From positions 21,888 to 85,887 of the forward strand of contig CALWTD010000013.1 of the NCBI GenBank assembly GCA_944384395.1: DNA of 64,000 bases, in the 5' to 3' direction. The position numbers and the translations under genes are program-made. Source of the DNA: an uncultured Clostridia bacterium. Its GTDB lineage: Bacteria; Bacillota; Clostridia; Christensenellales; UBA1242. The notes under the pieces were generated by a model, which saw only the letters and a program-made list of their open reading frames with translations, was not told where the DNA came from and made no database searches. Shown one piece after another: positions 19,455 to 34,026 of the stretch (the first letter of the stretch is position 1; each line of letters opens with the position of its first letter).

Positions 19455-20774
19455 TTGGCAAAACCACTAGTTGCAATTGTAGGAAGACCAAATGTTGGCA
19501 AAAGTACTTTTTTTAATAAAATTTGCGGAAAAAGAATTAGCATAGTTGATGATATGCCGGGAGTTACAAGAGATAGAATATATGCCGATGCCGAATGGTG
19601 TGGGCATGAATTTCGTGTGGTTGACACAGGTGGAATTGATACAAAAACTGATGATGTTTTTCAAGAAGATATAAGAAAACAAGTAGACATCGCTATTGAC
19701 CTTGCAGATGTAATTATATTTTTAGTTGATGGAAAAGATGGCGTAACTCAAAGAGATCACGATGTTGCAGATATACTTAGAAAAACAAATAAAAAAGTTA
19801 TACTTGTTGTTAATAAACTAGATAATTATGAAGTTGAAAAAACATATGATTTTTATGAACTTGGACTTGGAGAACCTTTTGCAATTTCATGTGAACAAGC
19901 AAAAGGACTAGGCGAAGTTTTAGATGAAATTGTAAAAAATTTTAAAAATGTTGAGGAAACACAAGATGATGACGCAATAAAAATTGCGATTGTCGGAAGA
20001 CCAAATGTTGGGAAAAGTAGTATTACAAACAAAATACTTGGCTTTTCAAGAGTTGTTGTGAGTGATATTGCTGGAACAACTAGGGACGCAATAGAAACAG
20101 ATTTTAAATATAATGGGCAAAAGTATACACTAATCGACACGGCAGGACTACGACGACAACGAAGTTTTGAAAAGGAAAGTGTAGAAGGCTATTCTGTTAT
20201 TCGTTCAATGGAAGCAATTGAAAGAGCTGATGTTGTGTTGATTGTTATAAATGCAAGCGAAGAAATATCAGAGCAAGATGTTAGAATTGCAGGGTATGTA
20301 CACGAAGCAGGTAAACCAAGTGTTATTGTTATGAACAAGTGGGATTTGGTGGAAAAAAATGGAAACACAATAAATGATTACGAACAAAAAATAAAAGATA
20401 GTTTATCTTTTATGGACTATTTTAAATCTGTGTATGTTTCTGCAAAAACGGGTCAAAGACTATCAAATGTTATTGAAACAGCAAAGAAGGTTTATGATAA
20501 CGCATCAAGAAGAATTTCAACAGGAACACTTAATGAACTTTTAAGCCAAGCAATACTATCAAACGAACCACCATATAGAAACGGCAAACGATTAAAAATT
20601 AGTTATATTACACAATACAAAACCAATCCACCAACTTTTATACTATTTTGTAATGATGCAACTCTTATGCATTTTTCGTATTTAAGATATTTAGAAAATC
20701 GTTTTAGACAAGCAGTAGACTTTTCTGGAACACCAATAAGGTTTATAACCCGTTCAAAAGGAGATAAAGACTAA
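19455..20774 (+). CDS. der: ribosome biogenesis GTPase Der (EngA)
   Basis: Two GRPNVGKS G-domains and a KH-like C-terminus. Confidence 0.97.
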   Translation: MAKPLVAIVGRPNVGKSTFFNKICGKRISIVDDMPGVTRDRIYADAEWCGHEFRVVDTGGIDTKTDDVFQEDIRKQVDIAIDLADVIIFLVDGKDGVTQRDHDVADILRKTNKKVILVVNKLDNYEVEKTYDFYELGLGEPFAISCEQAKGLGEVLDEIVKNFKNVEETQDDDAIKIAIVGRPNVGKSSITNKILGFSRVVVSDIAGTTRDAIETDFKYNGQKYTLIDTAGLRRQRSFEKESVEGYSVIRSMEAIERADVVLIVINASEEISEQDVRIAGYVHEAGKPSVIVMNKWDLVEKNGNTINDYEQKIKDSLSFMDYFKSVYVSAKTGQRLSNVIETAKKVYDNASRRISTGTLNELLSQAILSNEPPYRNGKRLKISYITQYKTNPPTFILFCNDATLMHFSYLRYLENRFRQAVDFSGTPIRFITRSKGDKD

Positions 20775-21547
20775 TGGACATTTTAAAATATGTTGTGCTT
20801 GTTTTGTGTGGTTATACACTTGGAAACATTAGTTCGGCAAAAATTATTTCAAGACTAAGAAAAGATGATATAACAAAGCATGGCAGTGGAAATCCGGGCT
20901 CTATGAATATGCTTAGAACATTTGGCTTCAAAATGGGAATATTAACATTGTTTTTTGATGCCTTAAAAGGTGCCATACCATCACTACTTGGTTTTTTCAT
21001 GTTTGGTGGAGATGTAAATAGTGAAATTTCATATATAGGATTGTATGTTGGTGGAATGAGTGCAGTTATTGGGCACTGCTTTCCTGCGTTTTATAAATTT
21101 AAAGGTGGAAAAGGTGTTGCAACAATGCTTGGAATGTTTGCCGTTGCAGAACCTTATTGGGCAATTATAATGTTTGCAGTTTGCTTTTTGTATTTAGTTA
21201 TATTCGATTATGGTGCAATCGCTTCATTTTTGTTTATAACAGCACTTACACTTGTTGAAGGCTATAAATTTCACGACAATATTGTTATAACTGTTATTTT
21301 ATTCATTTTATATTTTCTTGTTTGGTTTATGCATAGGGGCAATATAAATAGGCTACTTTTAGGAAAGGAAAATAAAGTAAATTTTAGAGAAAAGTTAAAA
21401 AAGATTGGCAAAAAGAAACAAAAGATAGAAAACAAAGATGAACTTTCAAGACAGGAAATAAGACAAATAAAAAAGATAAACAGAAAAGAAAATAAGCAAA
21501 TAAAAAAAGAGCAAAAGTTAAAGGCAAAAGAGAGAGAAATAGGTTAA
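20774..21547 (+). CDS. plsY: glycerol-3-phosphate acyltransferase PlsY
   Basis: GSGNPGSMN, DALKG, GHCFP..FKGGKGVAT, HRGNI. Confidence 0.93.
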   Translation: MDILKYVVLVLCGYTLGNISSAKIISRLRKDDITKHGSGNPGSMNMLRTFGFKMGILTLFFDALKGAIPSLLGFFMFGGDVNSEISYIGLYVGGMSAVIGHCFPAFYKFKGGKGVATMLGMFAVAEPYWAIIMFAVCFLYLVIFDYGAIASFLFITALTLVEGYKFHDNIVITVILFILYFLVWFMHRGNINRLLLGKENKVNFREKLKKIGKKKQKIENKDELSRQEIRQIKKINRKENKQIKKEQKLKAKEREIG

Positions 21548-21574
21548 AAAAATCTCATGCAAATGAGATTTTTT
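21546..21574. terminator. bidirectional intrinsic terminator
   Basis: AAAAAAATCTCAT-GCAA-ATGAGATTTTTT between convergent genes. Confidence 0.8.
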
Positions 21575-22703
21575 AATATCCATATTTTGTAATGTGTTTA
21601 ACTGCTTTAACAAGTTTTTGACAATCGTTAAAACTGTTAAAATATGATAATGACGCTCTTACAATTCCTTGATTTAACGTTCCTAAAAATTTGTGTTTAA
21701 GTCCAGCACAATGAAGTCCTCCACGAGTGCAAATTCCATATTTATCACTAAGTATTTGACTTACATCTGTTGAACCATAGTCAAGTATATTAAATCCAAT
21801 TACACCATAAGCGTTATTAGGGTGAGTGTATACTTTTACACCATTTATGTTACTAAGTTCAAAATTTAAGTATGTTGAAAGGTCATCTATTTTTTCGTTT
21901 ATTTCGGTAAAATTTTTTTCTACAAAATCTATTCCCGCACCAAGTCCTAAAATGCTAGGTGTAGGCAGTGTGCCACTTTCATAAGTTTCTACAGTTCCCA
22001 TAGGCTGATAAACATTTTCACTTTCTGTTCCTGTTCCACCAAATCGTATTGGATTTAATTTTGCTTTGTTTGTGTAGGCTAATACTCCAACTCCTTGGGG
22101 ACTATACAGCGCTTTATGTGGTGCGAGTGCTAAAAGGTCTATGCCCATTTTTTTCATGTCTATTTTAACATGACCTGCACTTTGAGCACAATCTACTAAA
22201 AAGATTATATTTTTTTCTTTACAATAATTGCCAATCGCTTCAATATCAGCAATTTCTCCATCAACATTAGATATGTGATTAACACAGATTAAATATGTGT
22301 TTGGTTGTATATGTTTTGTTATATCGTCAATAGTAATAATTCCAGCATTTAAAGGACTTGCAACGCTTATTTCAAGTCCAAATTTTCTTTGAAGTTCAAA
22401 GAGTGGCCTAACGCTTGCATTATGGTCGTTTATTGTGCATATAACATGGCCTTTTTCTTTAAATGTTCCTAGTATTGCTAAATTTAATGCATCTGTACAA
22501 TTTTCTGTAAAAACAACCTGAGGGGCATTTAAAAATTTGCACATTTTTTGTCTAACATTTTCCACCATCATTGCGGTATCCATGCTCAATTTATGACCAC
22601 TTCTACCGGGATTTGCTGAGTACTTTGTTAAGCCGAGTAGCGTTGCGTTTATCACTTCTTTGGGTTTTATATACGTTGTTGCACTATTATCAAGATATAT
22701 CAT
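21573..22703 (-). CDS. cysteine desulfurase family (class V PLP) enzyme
   Basis: IYLDNSATT, DCAQSAG, APHK, RGGLHCA. Confidence 0.9.
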   Translation of the reverse strand: MIYLDNSATTYIKPKEVINATLLGLTKYSANPGRSGHKLSMDTAMMVENVRQKMCKFLNAPQVVFTENCTDALNLAILGTFKEKGHVICTINDHNASVRPLFELQRKFGLEISVASPLNAGIITIDDITKHIQPNTYLICVNHISNVDGEIADIEAIGNYCKEKNIIFLVDCAQSAGHVKIDMKKMGIDLLALAPHKALYSPQGVGVLAYTNKAKLNPIRFGGTGTESENVYQPMGTVETYESGTLPTPSILGLGAGIDFVEKNFTEINEKIDDLSTYLNFELSNINGVKVYTHPNNAYGVIGFNILDYGSTDVSQILSDKYGICTRGGLHCAGLKHKFLGTLNQGIVRASLSYFNSFNDCQKLVKAVKHITKYGY

Positions 22704-22781
22704 TTTAACTTTTTCTCTCTTTATTTAGTAATATAATATGATATGAAAAAATATCAATAATTGACCACAAAGGAGAAGAAT

Positions 22782-23042
22782 ATGGACTATATGATTATTG
22801 TGTTTAGGGCAAGGTCGCACACAATAAATTTTGCCAATTTATTGCAGTCATACAAAGTTCCTTGCCAAATTGTAAACACACCACGAATTGTTAATGTTTC
22901 GTGTGGTATTTCTGTTAAATTTTCAAGTTTATATTTAAAAAATGTACAACAAATTTTGTCAAGACGATACTTTGATACCTTTGCAGGTATATATCAAATT
23001 ATAGGTATAGGATTAAATCAAAGGGTTATTAAAATTAAATAA
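22782..23042 (+). CDS. DUF3343-like protein
   Basis: VFRARSH...IVNTPRIVNVSCGISVKF; divergent from the desulfurase. Confidence 0.75.
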   Translation: MDYMIIVFRARSHTINFANLLQSYKVPCQIVNTPRIVNVSCGISVKFSSLYLKNVQQILSRRYFDTFAGIYQIIGIGLNQRVIKIK

Positions 23043-23097
23043 TTGTTTTTTGAGTAGTATCTGTGTTATAATGCTAAATATAAAGGAGAATTTATAC

Positions 23098-24294
23098 ATG
23101 GAACTACTTGCACCTGCGGGTACTTTTGAAAAAATGCAAACTGCTTTTTATTTTGGAGCAGATGCAGTGTACTTTGCTGGTAAAAAATTTGGGCTTAGAG
23201 CATTTGCTGGCAATTTTACAGATAATGAAATTATTAAGGCAACACAGTATGCACACAAATTAGGTAAAAAAGTATATATTACAATCAATATATTAGCACA
23301 CGAAAGCGATTTTGATGGATTAAAAGAATATTTATGTGAATTAGAAAAGGCAAAAGTAGACGCTGTAATTGTGTCTGACTTAGGAATAATTGAATATATA
23401 AAAGAATTTGCACCATCGCTTACAATTCATGTTAGCACTCAAGCTAATATATTAAATAGTTATGCAATAAAATTCATGGCAAGGTTAGGCATAAAAAGAA
23501 TAATACTTGCAAGGGAATTAAGTATAGAAGAAATAAAAAATATAAGGAAAAATATTCCAAGCGAAATTGAATTAGAGTGTTTTGTTCATGGTGCAATGTG
23601 TATTTCATATAGTGGAAGATGTCTGCTCTCTAACTATTTAACGGGTAGAGATGCAAATCGCGGGGCATGTGCACAATGTTGTAGATGGGAATATACAATT
23701 ACAGAAAAATCAAGAAAAGGCGAGCAGTACGAAATTCAAGAAGATGAACGTGGCACCTATATTCTAAACTCAAAAGACCTTAATATGATAGAGCATTTAA
23801 AAGAACTTGAAGACGCAGGAATAACAAGCATAAAAATCGAAGGAAGAATGAAATCTCCATACTATGTTGCAAATGTTGTAAATGCATATAAAAGAGCACT
23901 TGATTTAAAAGAAAATATATCACAAGAGCAAATGACTTTATTAAAAGATGAACTTAATAAAACAAGCCATAGACAATATACAACAGGTTTCTATTTTGGC
24001 TCTAATGACAAAGAATGTTTGTCGAGTTCAATGCCTGTTCAAACAAGCGAATTTATGGCAGTTGTGCTTAATGATTCTGACGGCGAGAAAGTTTTAGTTG
24101 AACAAAGAAATAGATTTAAAATAGGTGATGAATTAGAAGTGTTATCACCAAACGATACATTTAACAAAAAAATAAAATTAGATAAAATGACAGATGAAAA
24201 ATGTCAAGATGTTCTTGATGCAAAAAATGTTCAGCAAAAATTATATATTTACACAAATTTAAATCTTAAAAAAGGCGATATATTAAGAAAATAA
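23098..24294 (+). CDS. U32 family protein (TrhP-like tRNA hydroxylation)
   Basis: ELLAPAG, HVSTQAN, VHGAMCISYSGRCLLS, CAQCCR, KIEGRMKS. Confidence 0.92.
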   Translation: MELLAPAGTFEKMQTAFYFGADAVYFAGKKFGLRAFAGNFTDNEIIKATQYAHKLGKKVYITINILAHESDFDGLKEYLCELEKAKVDAVIVSDLGIIEYIKEFAPSLTIHVSTQANILNSYAIKFMARLGIKRIILARELSIEEIKNIRKNIPSEIELECFVHGAMCISYSGRCLLSNYLTGRDANRGACAQCCRWEYTITEKSRKGEQYEIQEDERGTYILNSKDLNMIEHLKELEDAGITSIKIEGRMKSPYYVANVVNAYKRALDLKENISQEQMTLLKDELNKTSHRQYTTGFYFGSNDKECLSSSMPVQTSEFMAVVLNDSDGEKVLVEQRNRFKIGDELEVLSPNDTFNKKIKLDKMTDEKCQDVLDAKNVQQKLYIYTNLNLKKGDILRK

Positions 24295-24322
24295 AAAATC
24301 TCACAAATTTGTGAGATTTTTT
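24294..24322 (+). terminator. intrinsic terminator
   Basis: AAAAATCTCACAAATTTGTGAGATTTTTT. Confidence 0.8.
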
Positions 24323-24438
24323 ATAATAAAACAATATTTGCAAATATTCGACTTTAATAGTTCTAATCAGTCAAATTTTGTAATTTACAAAAAAAACATG
24401 TTGTTATAAAATTTTTTGTGTAACAAAAGGAGAAAATT

Positions 24439-24783
24439 ATGACTGGTAGAGAGTTATTAAAACAAATGGCAAAGCAAGCAAAAGACAGATTGCAAGGTAG
24501 ACACATGGCATCAACATCAAAAGGTAATGTTACCTGCATACGAAATGGAGAAAATTATATAAAAACAATAACTATAAAAAATGATATAGACAAAGATATG
24601 TATACAAAAGTAAAAGATTGTATAAAAAGTGATGCAATAAACCCACTTAATGAACTTATTGATTTTAATTATTATAAAACACTTTCAAATGAACAAAAAG
24701 AAAGATATTTTTTCAAGATAGCAGATAAATATAGACAACTAAGACAAATATATGAAAACGAAAAAATAAAAGAAGTTTATTAA
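24439..24783 (+). CDS. hypothetical protein
   Basis: 114-aa ORF with AAGGAG RBS. Confidence 0.7.
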   Translation: MTGRELLKQMAKQAKDRLQGRHMASTSKGNVTCIRNGENYIKTITIKNDIDKDMYTKVKDCIKSDAINPLNELIDFNYYKTLSNEQKERYFFKIADKYRQLRQIYENEKIKEVY

Positions 24784-24787
24784 ATAA

Positions 24788-24816
24788 TTGCAATGAATTT
24801 TTTACTATGATATACT
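24788..24816 (+). promoter_or_regulatory. sigma-A promoter of pcrA-ligA (probably leaderless)
   Basis: TTGCAA-N17-TATACT with extended TG; ATG 6 nt after the -10 box; no SD. Confidence 0.65.
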
Positions 24817-24822
24817 TATTTT

Positions 24823-29000
<4,178 letters not shown>

Positions 29001-29070
29001 AAAATTTTATTCACAAAATAAAATATATGTGTTATACTATTTAGCGAAATTGTAAAAGAGGTGTATTATT

Positions 29071-29277
29071 ATGATGATTGAACCACCAATTGATGAATTG
29101 GTAAAAAAAATAGGCGGAAACAAATATAAACTTTGTTGCATTATGGCAAAAAGAGCCAAAGAACTTGAAAAAAGAATACCTGCCGAAATAGAAAAAAGCG
29201 ACAAAAAGGCAATAAGTCTTGCAGCTGACGAAATTTATAGAGGCGAAATCGTTTCTAGTGATAGCGTAAATCAATAA
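29071..29277 (+). CDS. rpoZ: RNA polymerase omega subunit
   Basis: PPIDEL...NKYKL...AKRAKEL...KAISLAADEI; upstream of priA. Confidence 0.9.
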   Translation: MMIEPPIDELVKKIGGNKYKLCCIMAKRAKELEKRIPAEIEKSDKKAISLAADEIYRGEIVSSDSVNQ

Positions 29278-29336
29278 ATTTATATATATTTTTAACTTTT
29301 CAATTCTACCATTTTGTGGTAGAATTGTTTTGTTTT

Positions 29337-31532
29337 ATGAGAATAGCAGAAGTAATTGTTGACATAACAAATAGTCAAGTTGATAAAATTTTTGATTATG
29401 AAATAGACGAATGGGGCAAAGTTGGAATGAGAGTTTTTGTCCCTTTTGGCAATCGCATTATACAAGGTTTTGTTATAAATATAAAAGATAATACAACAGT
29501 TGAAAAATCAAAATTAAAAAAAGTTATTAGTTTTGTTGAAGACTATGTTGTAATTAAAGAAGAACTAATTAGGCTTATGCATTTTATGGTAAAAAAATAT
29601 CATCTAAGGTATGCCGATTGTCTTAGATTGTTTATTCCAAGTGAAATGCGTAGCGATACAATAAAACCACTTTTTGTTAGTTATGTAAAAATAAATGACA
29701 AAATAGATTTTCAAGATTACAAAAAAAATATAAGGGCAAATGCAAAAAATCAAATAGCACTTTGCAATTTTCTTGAACAAAATATATTATACAAAAAAAC
29801 AAAGTTAATAGAACAATTTTCAAGGCAAACGGTTAAAAAACTTGTTGACGACAATGTTTTAATAGAAAGCAAAGAAACCATTTATAGACAACCAGATTTT
29901 AATAAAATAGAAAAAGTAAGTGTTGTTCATACGCCACTTCAAAATAGAGCAATAAACACAATACTTTCATCAAACGATACATTTTTACTTTTTGGAGTAA
30001 CGGGCAGTGGAAAAACAGAAGTTTATATGAGTGTTATTGAAGATGTTATAAAACATGGAAAAACGGCAATAATGCTTGTTCCTGAAATATCTTTAACTCC
30101 ACAAGTTCTTGCAAATTTTAAGGCAAGATTTGGCAATGAAGTGGCAATTCTTCACAGTGGACTAAGTGCAGGCGAACGCTTTGATGAGTGGCAAAGAATA
30201 CTTTTTAATAGAGCAAAAATTGTAGTTGGTGCAAGGTCAGCAATATTTGCACCACTAGAAAATATTGGAACAATTATAATTGACGAAGAACATGAAACGA
30301 GTTACATAAGCGAAAGCAATCCAAGATACAACACTTTTGATATTGCAAAATTTAGAAAAGACTATAATAATTGCTCGCTAGTTCTTGCTAGTGCAACGCC
30401 AAGCATAGATTCTTTTAACAAAGCAAATTGTGGCGAATATAAACTCATTGAATTGCCTGAAAGAGTAAATGGCAAAAAAATGCCCAAAATTCAAATTGTA
30501 GATATGCTGACAGAACTCAGAAATGGCAATAGCGGAATGTTTTCTAGTGTGCTTTTAAATGAATTAGACAAATGCATAAAACAAAAACATCAAGCAATGT
30601 TTTTTATAAATAGACGAGGATACAGTTCGTTTATGAGATGTATGAACTGTGGCTATGTTGCAAAGTGTACCGATTGTGATGTATCACTTGTTTATCATAA
30701 AAGTGAAAATAAGTTAAAATGTCATTATTGTGGCAAAAGGTATAAGGCACTAACAAAATGTCCAGAGTGTGGAAGTGAAAGCATAAGAAACGGTGCAATT
30801 GGAACAGAACAAGTTGTTAGCAAACTAAAAGAATTATATCCCAATGTAAATATTTTAAGAATGGATAACGATACCACGCGAACAAAAAATGCTTATCAAA
30901 AAATTCTTACCGAATTTGCAAATTCTAAACCGGGAATATTGGTCGGAACTCAAATGATTGCAAAAGGACATGATTTTAAAGATGTAACACTGGTTGGAAT
31001 TATTGATGCAGACCAAAGTTTATACCATTCAGATTACAAAAGCACAGAAAAAACCTTTGAACTAATAACGCAAATGAGTGGACGAGCTGGAAGAGCAAAA
31101 GATGAAGGTATTGTAATACTTCAAACATATGCTCCAAGACATTATACTTATAGATTTATTGCAAACTATGACTATAAAAGTTTTTTTATAAAAGAACTTA
31201 ATTTAAGAAAAACAACTATGTTTCCACCATTTACCACAATTTTAAGATTACTTTTTACAGCACAAGTTGATGAAACTGTTAGAGAAATTACTAAAATGTG
31301 TTATAATGATATAAAGAAGCTGAGAGATGATAGATTAAATGATTTTGTTTATTTAGATGTTATGAAAAGTCCTATAAGCAAAATAAAAAATAAAATTAGA
31401 TATCAAATTTTAGCAAGAATAAAAAATGAAAACAAAGATGATATAATTGAAAAAATATACGATATTTGTGATAAATACCAAAATGGTAAGGTTAGTATAT
31501 TTGTTGAAATCAATCCTCAAAATTTAAGTTAA
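29337..31532 (+). CDS. priA: primosomal protein N' (PriA)
   Basis: GVTGSGKT, DEEH, four CxxC motifs, GTQMIAKG, QMSGRAGR. Confidence 0.96.
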   Translation: MRIAEVIVDITNSQVDKIFDYEIDEWGKVGMRVFVPFGNRIIQGFVINIKDNTTVEKSKLKKVISFVEDYVVIKEELIRLMHFMVKKYHLRYADCLRLFIPSEMRSDTIKPLFVSYVKINDKIDFQDYKKNIRANAKNQIALCNFLEQNILYKKTKLIEQFSRQTVKKLVDDNVLIESKETIYRQPDFNKIEKVSVVHTPLQNRAINTILSSNDTFLLFGVTGSGKTEVYMSVIEDVIKHGKTAIMLVPEISLTPQVLANFKARFGNEVAILHSGLSAGERFDEWQRILFNRAKIVVGARSAIFAPLENIGTIIIDEEHETSYISESNPRYNTFDIAKFRKDYNNCSLVLASATPSIDSFNKANCGEYKLIELPERVNGKKMPKIQIVDMLTELRNGNSGMFSSVLLNELDKCIKQKHQAMFFINRRGYSSFMRCMNCGYVAKCTDCDVSLVYHKSENKLKCHYCGKRYKALTKCPECGSESIRNGAIGTEQVVSKLKELYPNVNILRMDNDTTRTKNAYQKILTEFANSKPGILVGTQMIAKGHDFKDVTLVGIIDADQSLYHSDYKSTEKTFELITQMSGRAGRAKDEGIVILQTYAPRHYTYRFIANYDYKSFFIKELNLRKTTMFPPFTTILRLLFTAQVDETVREITKMCYNDIKKLRDDRLNDFVYLDVMKSPISKIKNKIRYQILARIKNENKDDIIEKIYDICDKYQNGKVSIFVEINPQNLS

Positions 31533-31545
31533 AAGGAAATAAAAT

Positions 31546-31989
31546 ATGGCAGTTAGAGAAGTTTTGCAAGTTGGTGATGACTTGCTTAGAAAAACATCAA
31601 AAGAAGTTAAAGTTTTTGATGAAAAACTAGAAGATATAATAGACGACATGTGGGAAACAATGTATGCGTTTAATGGCATGGGACTTGCAGGCCCACAAGT
31701 TGGAATTTTAAAGCGTATTGTTGTTATGGATGTAAACAATATGAGATTGGAACTAATAAATCCTGTTATTTTAAAAAGTGAAGGCGAAGACATAGAAGAA
31801 GAAGGCTGTTTAAGCTGTGGCAAAATTAGGGGCAAAGTTAAACGTCCAATGAAGGTAACTGTAAAAGCTCAAGATAGGTACGGCTATGAATTTACCATAA
31901 CAGGTGAAAAATATTTGGCAAGATGTCTTTGTCATGAGATTGATCACTTAAATGGTGTGTTGTTTATTGATAAAATGATGAAAAAATAA
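31546..31989 (+). CDS. def: peptide deformylase
   Basis: GLAGPQVG, EGCLS, HEIDH. Confidence 0.96.
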   Translation: MAVREVLQVGDDLLRKTSKEVKVFDEKLEDIIDDMWETMYAFNGMGLAGPQVGILKRIVVMDVNNMRLELINPVILKSEGEDIEEEGCLSCGKIRGKVKRPMKVTVKAQDRYGYEFTITGEKYLARCLCHEIDHLNGVLFIDKMMKK

Positions 31990-31997
31990 GGAGAAAT

Positions 31998-32933
31998 ATG
32001 AAAGTAATTTTTTTGGGTACACCACAATTTGGTGCAACATGTTTAAAGGCCATAACTCAATCAAAACATAGTGTAGTTGCTGTTGTTTGCCAACCAGATA
32101 AAATATCAGGCAGGGGTAAAAAAATAGTTTTTTCTCCTGTAAAAAAATTGGCAAATGAGTTAAATATACCATGTTATCAATTTGATAAAATTAAAAAAGA
32201 TGGCGTAGAAATTCTTAAAAATTTAAATGCAGATATAATGGTAACTGCTGCATATGGACAGCTTTTAAGTCAAGAAATAATAGACATTTGTCCAAATAAA
32301 ATAATAAATGTTCATGGTTCGCTGTTGCCAAAATACCGTGGAGCTTCGCCAATTCAATATGCAATTTTAAACGGAGAAAAACAAACTGGTATAACAATTA
32401 TGGAAACCGAACTAACAATGGATACGGGAGATATATTATTAACTAAAACAGTTGACATAAACGATGATGATACTTACGGAACGCTTGCAGAAAAACTTGC
32501 AAAAGTTGGTGGAGAGCTAGTTGTTGAAGCTCTTGATAAAATTGAAAATAAAACAATAACAAGAGTGCAACAAAATAATGACGAGGCAACATACACAAAA
32601 CTTATAAAAAAAGAAGATGAAATGCTTGATTTTAACGACACAATGAAAAATTTAATCAACAAAGTTAGAGCATTTAATCCAAGCCCAATAGCAAATTTCT
32701 CATTGCAAGAAAACACTTTTAAAGTGTTCTCTTTAAAAAAGTCTAATATTACAAATACAACGTCTAAAAATGGAGAAATTTTGGTTGCAAATAGTAAACA
32801 AGGTTTAATTATTAAATGTGCTGATGGTGCTGTTGAAGTTGTTGAACTTCAAGCTCCATCGTCAAAAAAAATGACTGCAAAAAGTTATTTAAACGGAAAG
32901 AAAATTGAAGTAGGTGCAATTGTAAATGCTTAA
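31998..32933 (+). CDS. fmt: methionyl-tRNA formyltransferase
   Basis: FLGTP, NVHGSLLPKYRGASPI. Confidence 0.96.
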   Translation: MKVIFLGTPQFGATCLKAITQSKHSVVAVVCQPDKISGRGKKIVFSPVKKLANELNIPCYQFDKIKKDGVEILKNLNADIMVTAAYGQLLSQEIIDICPNKIINVHGSLLPKYRGASPIQYAILNGEKQTGITIMETELTMDTGDILLTKTVDINDDDTYGTLAEKLAKVGGELVVEALDKIENKTITRVQQNNDEATYTKLIKKEDEMLDFNDTMKNLINKVRAFNPSPIANFSLQENTFKVFSLKKSNITNTTSKNGEILVANSKQGLIIKCADGAVEVVELQAPSSKKMTAKSYLNGKKIEVGAIVNA

Positions 32934-33966
32934 TTTGTTAGATTATAATTATGAAGAATTAAATAATCTTGTTATGTCATATAAAGAGCCAAAGTATAGA
33001 ACAAATCAACTTTATAGTGCTCTTCAAAATTATAAAAATGCAGAAGAAATTTCTAATTTACCAAAAAATTTTGTTGCAAATCTAAAAGAAAAATATTCGT
33101 TTTGTCCACTTACTATTATAAAAAAACAAACAGGAAAAGATGGCACACTAAAGTTTTTATACAAACTTAATGATGGAAACATTATTGAAGGTGTACTAAT
33201 GTCGTATAAATACGGCAACACAATTTGTGTTTCAACGCAGGTCGGTTGCAGAATGGGGTGTAAATTTTGTGCTTCAACACTAAATGGCCTTGTTAGAAAT
33301 TTGACAAGTGGAGAAATACTTGCACAAGTACTTTGTGTAAACAAAGAACTTGGTGGAACATATCAGGATAGAAAAATAACCAATATTGTTCTTATGGGAA
33401 GTGGAGAACCGTTAGATAATTATGATAATGTTGTAAAGTTTATAAAAATGGTTTCGTGTGATAAAGGCATAAACATAAGTCAAAGAAATATCTCACTTTC
33501 AACGTGTGGTCTTGTTGAAAAAATAGACCAATTAAAAGATGAAAATTTGCAAATTACACTAACAATTTCACTTCATGCTCCAAACGATGATATAAGAAAA
33601 CAAACTATGCCAATTGCAAACAAATACAAAATAAAAGATATAATTGATGCTACAAAAAGATACTTTAATAAAACTAAAAGAAGAATAGTTTTTGAATATG
33701 CTTTAATAGAAAATGTCAATGATAGTTTTGAGTGCGCAGACGAACTTTGTACGCTTTTAAAGGGGCTAAGTTGCCATGTTAATTTAATTCCTTTAAATGA
33801 CGTAAAAGAAAGAAGTTTAAGGGGAACAACGAGAAAAAGGGCATATGCGTTTATGGATAGACTTTTGTCTAATAATATATCTGCAACGGTTAGAAGAACA
33901 ATGGGTGAAGATATAGATGGGGCTTGTGGTCAATTAAGAGCAAAATATTTAAATAACAATATATAG
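32926..33966 (+). CDS. rlmN: 23S rRNA/tRNA m2A methyltransferase RlmN
   Basis: CVSTQVGCRMGCKFC, MGSGEP, DGACGQL. Confidence 0.96.
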   Translation: MLNLLDYNYEELNNLVMSYKEPKYRTNQLYSALQNYKNAEEISNLPKNFVANLKEKYSFCPLTIIKKQTGKDGTLKFLYKLNDGNIIEGVLMSYKYGNTICVSTQVGCRMGCKFCASTLNGLVRNLTSGEILAQVLCVNKELGGTYQDRKITNIVLMGSGEPLDNYDNVVKFIKMVSCDKGINISQRNISLSTCGLVEKIDQLKDENLQITLTISLHAPNDDIRKQTMPIANKYKIKDIIDATKRYFNKTKRRIVFEYALIENVNDSFECADELCTLLKGLSCHVNLIPLNDVKERSLRGTTRKRAYAFMDRLLSNNISATVRRTMGEDIDGACGQLRAKYLNNNI

Positions 33967-34026
33967 TATTATGCAAAATAAATAATACACAATATAATGT
34001 ATTATGCAAATTTTATTAGGAGTATT

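Noticed and set aside
29301-29336. Hairpins before priA (CAATTCTACCA/TGGTAGAATTG) and nusB (59507-59531) as novel regulatory RNAs
   Set aside because: Adequately explained as ordinary intrinsic terminators of rpoZ and the Asp23 gene
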